13,291 nucleotides of DNA from Polyangiaceae bacterium (GTDB taxonomy: Bacteria > Myxococcota_A > Polyangia > Polyangiales > Polyangiaceae): the NCBI GenBank assembly GCA_035063585.1, contig JAPSGB010000068.1, positions 1-13,291 of the forward strand. Reading direction: 5' to 3'. The notes under the pieces are model-generated. The model did no database searches and was not told the DNA's origin. It was given only the letters and a program-made list of their open reading frames with translations. Every line of letters begins with the position of its first letter. Positions within the stretch are counted from its first letter, which is position 1. Positions 7,398 through 13,291 of the stretch are shown here, one piece after another. A program made the translations under genes and the position numbers.

Positions 7398-8386
7398 GCG
7401 AACTCAACGTCCTCGTCTCCTCGGCGGGCCGCCGCGTGATCTTGGTGGATCTCTTCCGCCGAGCCCTCCGCGACCTCGGGCTCGCCGGCAAGGTCATCGC
7501 GACGGACATGGTTCGGCTCTCCGCGACGTTCCACCACGCAGATCTCGGCCTCGTGGTCCCCCGCTGTACGTCGGACGAGTTCGTCCCCGTGATGCTCGAG
7601 CTCTGCCGGCAACACCGCGTCAAGCTCATCATCCCAACGATCGACACCGAGCTGCCCATCTACGCCGCTCACCGCGAGGAGTTCCGCAGCGAAGGCATCG
7701 AGGTCGCGGTCTCCTCGCCGGAAGCCGTCGCGATCGCGGGCGACAAGGTGAACACCCACCGCTGGCTCACCGAAGCCGGGCTGCCCACGGTGCGCCAGAC
7801 AGAGCCGGAAGAGCTCCTCGCGGCCCCGGGGTCATGGCGCTTCCCCCTCATCGTCAAGCCACGCGGCGGCAGCCTATCGCAAGGGGTCGCCCGGGTGCAT
7901 GACGAAGCGGCGCTGCGAACGGCGACGAGCGCCGGCGGGTTCATCGTCCAGACGATCGCTCCCGGGCACGAGTTCACGATAGACGCGCTCGCGAACCGCT
8001 CCGGGAAGTGCGTCTGCGCCGTCCCGCGAAGACGCCTGGAGGTCCGCGGCGGAGAAATCAGCAAGGGGCTCACCGTTCGCTCCGAGCCTCTCGAGAGCCT
8101 CGCGCAGCGCGCCTGCGAGGCGCTCCCCGGCGCTTACGGCGGCCTCAACGTCCAGATCTTCCTCGATGAAGCGTCCGGCGAGCTCAACATCATCGAAGTC
8201 AACGCCCGCTTCGGCGGCGGGTTTCCGCTCTCGTGCGAGGCGGGCGCGAATTACCCGCGGTGGCTCATCGAAGAGCTCCTCGGCCTACCCTCGACCGCGA
8301 GCGCAACCGCCTGGGAAGGTGACCGCGTCATGCTCCGCTATGACGACGCCGTGTTCGTCTCCGCGGAAGAGGCCGGCCTTCGATGA
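7394..8386 (+). CDS. ATP-grasp domain protein (carbamoyl-phosphate-synthase-like/PylC-like ligase of polysaccharide loci)
   Basis: Motifs VLVSSAGRR, IIPTIDTEL, DK, IVKPRGGSLS.G, EFTID, RLEVRGGE, IIEVNARFGGG. ATGA overlap with the upstream stop at 7394-7397. Confidence 0.92.
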   Translation: MSELNVLVSSAGRRVILVDLFRRALRDLGLAGKVIATDMVRLSATFHHADLGLVVPRCTSDEFVPVMLELCRQHRVKLIIPTIDTELPIYAAHREEFRSEGIEVAVSSPEAVAIAGDKVNTHRWLTEAGLPTVRQTEPEELLAAPGSWRFPLIVKPRGGSLSQGVARVHDEAALRTATSAGGFIVQTIAPGHEFTIDALANRSGKCVCAVPRRRLEVRGGEISKGLTVRSEPLESLAQRACEALPGAYGGLNVQIFLDEASGELNIIEVNARFGGGFPLSCEAGANYPRWLIEELLGLPSTASATAWEGDRVMLRYDDAVFVSAEEAGLR

Positions 8387-9057
8387 GCGCCGTCCGAGCG
8401 GTCGTCTTCGACATCGACGACACCCTCTACCTCGAGCGCGACTACGTCCGAAGCGGCTTCGCGTCGCTCAGCACCTACGCCGAGGAGCGCTGGGGCATCG
8501 CGAACTTCGGCGAACGCGCTTGGCAACTCTTTCTTCTCGGAGCACGCGGAGACATCTTCAATCGGGTGCTGATTGACTGTGGCGTCGCGGCCGGCGGCGC
8601 GGACGTTCGCGCACTCGTCGACCGCTACCGCGCTCACACACCCGACATCACGCTCCTCCCGGACGCTCGCGCTGCGCTCGAGGCGCTCCACGGCCGTTTC
8701 CAACTCGCCGCCATCACTGACGGTCCGCTCGCCAGCCAACAGGCCAAGGCTCGAGCGCTGGGCCTGGAGCAGTGGCTCGAGCCGATCGTGTTCACCGCCG
8801 CGCTCGGCCCAAACGCTGGAAAACCCGCCCTCGACGCCTTTCAGCTCGTCGAGAAGAGGCTCGGCGTATCAGGAACCGAGTGCGTCTACGTCGCCGACAA
8901 TCCTCAGAAGGACTTCATCGCGCCGCACGAGCTCGGCTGGCGAACGGTCCGCGTGCGACGCCCGGGCGGACTGCACCATGAGCTCGAGAGCGCGGCGGAC
9001 GTACGTCACGAGCTCGTGGACTTGCGTGAGCCGGCCAGCACGCTCGCGCCGCTCTGA
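8383..9057 (+). CDS. HAD superfamily hydrolase (phosphatase)
   Basis: Motif I VVFDIDDTL, motif II ITDG, motif III GKP, motif IV YVADNPQKD. ATGA overlap at 8383-8386. Confidence 0.93.
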   Translation: MSAVRAVVFDIDDTLYLERDYVRSGFASLSTYAEERWGIANFGERAWQLFLLGARGDIFNRVLIDCGVAAGGADVRALVDRYRAHTPDITLLPDARAALEALHGRFQLAAITDGPLASQQAKARALGLEQWLEPIVFTAALGPNAGKPALDAFQLVEKRLGVSGTECVYVADNPQKDFIAPHELGWRTVRVRRPGGLHHELESAADVRHELVDLREPASTLAPL

Positions 9058-9190
9058 GATCATCTCCGCCGCACCACGCCTCACCTTCACCGAGCGTTCG
9101 TGACACTACTGCCAGAGCAATTCTGACGCGTCACAGGTGAAGCGCCCGGCTGTGCAGCGTGAGCGTTCATCGAGCAGGCTCGGGGCTCAG

Positions 9191-10372
9191 TCAGGCTTGA
9201 TAACGAGTGACGATATCCTTCATCCGAGAAAATCCCCGCCCGAGAAATCGATGCGCGTTTCTCCAAGTGAGCTCCGAGCGCTGACTATCCAGCGCCGACG
9301 CGAGGAGCCCCTCCGCGTCATCGTAAAGCATCGCTGCAAATACCATCATCTCGGGTCGGTTGAACTTGCTCGCCTCCGGGTCGAAGACATCGATCGCTCG
9401 GAGCCAACGCACGATCGCCTGAGTCTTCCACCATGGCGGAGCGAGTCTCGTCAGCACGTCCTTCGGCACCGGGGTTCCGAGGAGTGCCCTTGCGAATGCA
9501 AGCGAGAAGTAGACCGCGGTTCGCACGTCAAGCTCCTCGGTCATTCCCGCCAAGTTCGCCCAGTTCGGTGGATTGAAGGCCGTCAGGCGATCCACATCGG
9601 TGTGGAGCCGTAGCCCAGGCGCACGCACATACGTGTGCTTGGCGGTGTGGAGCGCAACCTGCAGCATGTTGTCTTCCGGTGCTAACAGCCGAACCTCCGT
9701 GCCATCGATCGGCACAGAGCGCGCTATGAGGTGAGCACCGACTGGCTCTTGGTCACGGCGTATCCATCTGCCTGCGATCGGCCGCCATTGGAGCTCGAAC
9801 CAGACCTCCTCACCCGCGGTTTGCTTCACATACTCGGTGCCACCATGCGCTTCGCCCTCCTCGAGGTCCGCAGCCTCGACCGTCCCGCGCGTCGCGAGCG
9901 AGAAGCCTTGCTCGATGATCAGCGCGTGGGCATCCCGAAACCGGTCGCGATCCACGAGCACATCCAAGTCACCCATCGGGCAGCAGCCGGCGCACGGGAA
10001 AATCCCCCTCGCAATCCCAGCGTTCTTGAGCGCGACCATTCGAATCCCCTCTCGCCCGAGGCTTGCGGCGACACCGTCGAGCTCTGAAAGCATGACCCGC
10101 ATCCGATTGAGAGATCGATCATGAAGCGCGCGACACTCATCAGCCACGCTCGAGTCCTTCCCGAAGGCGTCAAGCAGCGCGTGCGCCACGACGGGCCCGA
10201 CCAAGTTCACCTTCGCGAACTCGAGCCAGCGATCGGCCTGTGAACTCCCATGGCCTCGGATGTACTCGAGCCGAGCCTCTCGCTCACTCGCCGCCATGGC
10301 CTCCAACGTCAGTCTGCGAAGACTCCGGGGTTCACGCGAGCCCACTAGATCATCCCGCGTCACTTCGATCAT
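9191..10372 (-). CDS. Nucleotidyltransferase family protein (NTP_transf_5-like), 393 aa
   Basis: Motifs ALK, PMGDLDVLV, ELQW, LH..KH, and a late D. Start moved to the ATG at 10372, preceded by GAGAGGA, which avoids overlap with the upstream dehydratase gene. Confidence 0.82.
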   Translation of the reverse strand: MIEVTRDDLVGSREPRSLRRLTLEAMAASEREARLEYIRGHGSSQADRWLEFAKVNLVGPVVAHALLDAFGKDSSVADECRALHDRSLNRMRVMLSELDGVAASLGREGIRMVALKNAGIARGIFPCAGCCPMGDLDVLVDRDRFRDAHALIIEQGFSLATRGTVEAADLEEGEAHGGTEYVKQTAGEEVWFELQWRPIAGRWIRRDQEPVGAHLIARSVPIDGTEVRLLAPEDNMLQVALHTAKHTYVRAPGLRLHTDVDRLTAFNPPNWANLAGMTEELDVRTAVYFSLAFARALLGTPVPKDVLTRLAPPWWKTQAIVRWLRAIDVFDPEASKFNRPEMMVFAAMLYDDAEGLLASALDSQRSELTWRNAHRFLGRGFSRMKDIVTRYQA

Positions 10373-10451
10373 TTCGTGTCCTCTCGACAATCCTTCACCT
10401 AGCCCGGTTGCGGCATCGGTCTGCGTTTCGTTTGCCACCAAGAGCGGCCGT

Positions 10452-12410
10452 CTAGGCTTGGGAGATCGGCGTGAGAACGCTAACCCGCTCGAGCGCTTCC
10501 GGCGTTGCCGGTGCGTGAGCGCGCTTCGATACAGGTATCTCCCCATCCGGCAAGATCTCCGGCACGAGCCGCCGGAGCGCGCTCCGCACGGTCGCGACGG
10601 AGGTCTCGCCGACCAGACAGTGGAGCTCCTCGATGGCCGTGGTGACCTCGGCGAGCGTCGCGGGGGCGAGCTTGCCGATGTAGATGCTCGGGTGCGCCGT
10701 CTTCGACATCTGCTCGGCGTCGAAGCCGAGCTCCTCGAAGAGCTTCTCGCCCGGGCGCACGCCGGTGAACTCGATCTTGATGTCAGCGCCGGGGGTGAAC
10801 CCGCTCAGGCGGATGAGCTCCTCGGCGAGATCGGCGATTTTCACCGGCTCGCCCATGTCGAGCACGAAGATTTCCCCGCCCTCACCCATCGCGCTCGCCT
10901 CGAGCACGAGCTGGCTCGCCTCGGGGATGGTCATGAAGTACCGCTTCATCTCGGGGTGCGTCACGGTGACGGGGCCGCCGGCGGCGATCTGACGCTTGAA
11001 GATCGGGATCACCGAGCCCGTCGAGCCGAGCACGTTCCCGAAGCGCACCGCCAGGTACTTCGTGCCTGAGCCGTTCGAGAGCGCCTGGATGTACTTCTCT
11101 CCGATCCGCTTCGTCGCCCCCATGATGCTCGACGGGTTCACGGCCTTGTCCGTGCTGATGAGCACGAAGGCGCGGGCCGCGTGATTCCGCGCCGCGTCAG
11201 CCACCACCTTGGTGCCAAACACGTTGTTCTTGAGCGCCTCGCCGGGGTTCAGCTCCATCATCGGCACGTGCTTGTAGGCTGCTGCGTGGAACACCACCTC
11301 CGGCTCGTGCTCGGTGAAGACGGCCTCGACCCGCGCGCCGTCGCACACGTCGCAGATGCTCGGCGTGAGCTCGAGCGCCGGGAACGCGCCCTTCAGCTCC
11401 TCGTGGATGCGAAAGAGCGCGTACTCGGAGCGCTCGACGAGCACGAGCCGGGCCGGCGCGTGGCGGGCCACTTGCCGGCAAATCTCCGAGCCGATCGAGC
11501 CGCCGGCGCCGGTGACGACCACGCGCCTCCCGGTGAGGAACTCGCCGATGCGCTCGGTGTCGAGCTTCACCGCCTCGCGCCCGAGCAGATCTTCGATCGA
11601 CACCGGACGGACCCGCGTGAGGCTCACCTTCCCTTCGAGGATTTGGTAGAGCCCGGGCACCACCTTCGTGGGTAGCCCGGCGCGCTCGCAGGCCTGCACG
11701 ATCCTGCGCGTGACCGTGCGCGGGGCGTTCGCGATGGTGAGCAGGGCCTGCTGCGCCCCCGTGCGCTTGGCAAACTTGGCGATCTCAGCGATCGACCCGA
11801 GCACCGTGATGCCGTGGATGATGGTGCCGGCCTTCGCCGCGTCATCATCGAGGAAACCGACCGGCACGATCCCGAGATCGGGCCGGCCCGCGATCTCGCG
11901 CGCGACCATCACCCCGCCGCGCCCCGCACCGATGAGCAGCGTCGGCACCAGCTCCGGCCGCTCGGAGGCGGCGAGCCGGTGGTTCGCCGAGCGCTCGGCC
12001 TCGATCCGCCGGAGCACCCGCACGCCGGCGACCCCGAGGAACCCGAGCGCGAAGTTCACGAGGATGACGCCGGCCGGCACGAGCGCGTACTGCAGATAGC
12101 CCCAGCGAGCGACGTACAGGCCGGCAACGACCCGCACCGCGAGGAGCACGGCGGTCGCCGCCGACGTCGCCCAGAGCACCCGGCCGACCTCGCGGAGCCC
12201 GACGTACCGCCACGCGAACCGCGGCACCGCGAAGAGGCTCAGCACCAGGTACTCGAGCCCCACCACGTACGGCCAGGTGAACATCAGCCGCTTCACCATC
12301 TGGAGCGGCGGGTGCCCGTCGAACCGGAGCAGGTACGCGAGCCAGTAGGCCGCCGACAAGATCGCGAGATCGACGATGATCTGCAGGGCGCGGGTGGCGG
12401 TGCGAAGCAT
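10452..12410 (-). CDS. pglF: Membrane-bound UDP-GlcNAc 4,6-dehydratase, PglF/CapD/WbpM family (652 aa)
   Basis: N-terminal hydrophobic helices. Motifs IGAG.GG, GFLDDD, TGAGGSIGSEI, FHAAAYKHVP, STDKAVNP, MGATK (Met in place of the SDR Tyr, typical of this family), VRFGNVLGS, G.RPGEKL. ATG 12410 preferred over the TTG at 12470. Confidence 0.93.
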   Translation of the reverse strand: MLRTATRALQIIVDLAILSAAYWLAYLLRFDGHPPLQMVKRLMFTWPYVVGLEYLVLSLFAVPRFAWRYVGLREVGRVLWATSAATAVLLAVRVVAGLYVARWGYLQYALVPAGVILVNFALGFLGVAGVRVLRRIEAERSANHRLAASERPELVPTLLIGAGRGGVMVAREIAGRPDLGIVPVGFLDDDAAKAGTIIHGITVLGSIAEIAKFAKRTGAQQALLTIANAPRTVTRRIVQACERAGLPTKVVPGLYQILEGKVSLTRVRPVSIEDLLGREAVKLDTERIGEFLTGRRVVVTGAGGSIGSEICRQVARHAPARLVLVERSEYALFRIHEELKGAFPALELTPSICDVCDGARVEAVFTEHEPEVVFHAAAYKHVPMMELNPGEALKNNVFGTKVVADAARNHAARAFVLISTDKAVNPSSIMGATKRIGEKYIQALSNGSGTKYLAVRFGNVLGSTGSVIPIFKRQIAAGGPVTVTHPEMKRYFMTIPEASQLVLEASAMGEGGEIFVLDMGEPVKIADLAEELIRLSGFTPGADIKIEFTGVRPGEKLFEELGFDAEQMSKTAHPSIYIGKLAPATLAEVTTAIEELHCLVGETSVATVRSALRRLVPEILPDGEIPVSKRAHAPATPEALERVSVLTPISQA

Positions 12411-12569
12411 GATCCCAATCAAGCGCGTTCGGCGGAGCCAGATGGTGCCGCGTGACCGCGCCCCCGGCAAGCAGGCGGCCTCCTCTCGCCGTGGGGCTCT
12501 ACTATCGGGTTTGGGTTGCCTGACGGCGCGGAATCATTCGGCTCGGCCTCCACGAGCCGGAACGGCCGT

Positions 12570-12701
12570 TCAGGCGGCGCCAACCGCCCGCCGAAACGCC
12601 GCCACCACCCGGGCACGCTCTTCATCCGTGAGCGAGGAGCCGCTCGGCAGGCAGAGCCCCCGCTCGAAAATCTCCTCGCCCACCGCGCCCCCCGCCCGGG
12701 C
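12570..12701 (-). pseudogene. C-terminal fragment (43 aa) of a DegT/DnrJ/EryC1/StrS sugar aminotransferase, PglE/EpsN-like
   Basis: Hand translation: ARAGGAVGEEIFERGLCLPSGSSLTDEERARVVAAFRRAVGAA*. No upstream frame shows the expected RP.WKPMH.QP segment, and the same frame has a stop near 12780. Confidence 0.82.
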
Positions 12702-13029
12702 TCTCGTCGGCGCGCTGCTCAGCCGACTCCGACGCCAGTCCACTCCGTGAAGGTCGACGGCCCATCGCTCCGCGACCTGTCAGGCTGATCTCCTCTTGCC
12801 ACCTCGTTCACGACCATGACGCCCTCGTCGCTACAGCCGCCGACGCCGTCATGCCTTCGACCAACGTCGCTGCTGTCAACATCGTCACGAGCGTCTCGAC
12901 GAACATCTGATCCGCGATCACGAACTCTCGCATGGGACGGTTGTCACGAGCAGGGCGGCGTCAGGTCTGACGAGCGCAGAAGGGCCGCAGGCGTTTCGGT
13001 ATAGCGACTGAAGGTGAGTTGGTTTCCAT

Positions 13030-13291
13030 CTGAGGGATCCCCTCGTTCTGCGGCGAAATTTTCGGAAACACGGGGGCGAAGTTGAATCCATCGGGGCGTG
13101 ACGCGTCCAACGGGGCATGATGACACCATCCTTGGCCCAATCCGACATGCCGCAGCGACGTCCGAGCTCCCGCCTGAAGCCGAAGAGCGTCCGGCGCTTC
13201 GTGGACGAGTTGTTCGGCGACACGATCCACGCCAGGCGAGTGGATTCCCTCGGCGATGCCGTCAGCGGCGTGCTGCACGCCGCTAGCCTCG
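13030..13291 (+). mobile_element. Left part of an IS4-family insertion sequence (IS10-like), truncated by the window end
   Basis: CTGAGGGATCCCCTC at 13030-13044 resembles the IS10 end as recalled (CTGAGAGATCCCCTC, 14/15), followed by a transposase-like open frame. Confidence 0.8.
13147..13291 (+). CDS. IS4 family transposase, N-terminal part (runs off the window)
   Basis: MPQRRPSSRLKPKSVRRFVDELFGDTIHARRVDSLGDAVSGVLHAASL resembles the LF..D.HAKRV.SL..A..GV..AASL N-terminus of IS4 transposases. In-frame upstream ATGs at 13117 and 13120. Absent from the ORF track because there is no stop in the window. Confidence 0.78.
   Translation, partial: MPQRRPSSRLKPKSVRRFVDELFGDTIHARRVDSLGDAVSGVLHAASL

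Noticed and set aside
9058..9190. Intrinsic terminator between the convergent genes; palindrome TGACGCGTCA at 9124-9133
   Set aside because: No strong stem followed by a U-tract on either strand. A 10-bp palindrome is weak evidence at this GC, although it shares ACGCGTCAC with the 84-bp arm.
9191..10372. Lasso-peptide cluster suggested by the NTP_transf_5 gene
   Set aside because: No precursor, B1/B2 protein or asparagine-synthetase-like cyclase nearby; the context is glycan biosynthesis.
10373..10546. Longer N-terminus for the nucleotidyltransferase
   Set aside because: It would overlap the pglF 3' end by 95 bp and is low-complexity; the ATG at 10372 has a good ribosome-binding site.
12376..13286. 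Short track ORFs at the right end (12376-12750, 12516-12788, 12918-13223, 12961-13278, 13098-13286)
   Set aside because: Shadow or off-frame readings of the aminotransferase remnant and the transposase start; no independent motifs.

Overview
High-GC bacterial DNA, probably Myxococcota/Polyangia-like (inferred from the Gly/Ser-linker lipoprotein and the transposase type). The left 4.3 kb holds one large secreted lipoprotein gene (929-3238; possible polysaccharide lyase-like fold). It sits inside a structured repeat landscape: two arrays of the same 84-bp hairpin unit, one on each side, and three GC-rich tandem arrays that all start with the same 26-nt sequence. One of those three arrays is closed by an inverted copy of that sequence. 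The rest is a surface-glycan locus. The plus strand carries an FkbM methyltransferase, then a coupled GT4 glycosyltransferase/PglC-type phosphoglycosyl transferase fusion, an ATP-grasp ligase and a HAD hydrolase. These converge on a minus-strand PglF/CapD-type dehydratase and an NTP_transf_5 nucleotidyltransferase. Two features missing from the ORF track were read by hand: an orphan 43-codon C-terminal remnant of a PglE/EpsN-type aminotransferase (12570-12701, minus), and the left end of an IS4-family (IS10-like) element with its transposase N-terminus (13030 to window end). All family calls come from motif recognition; no database searches were run.
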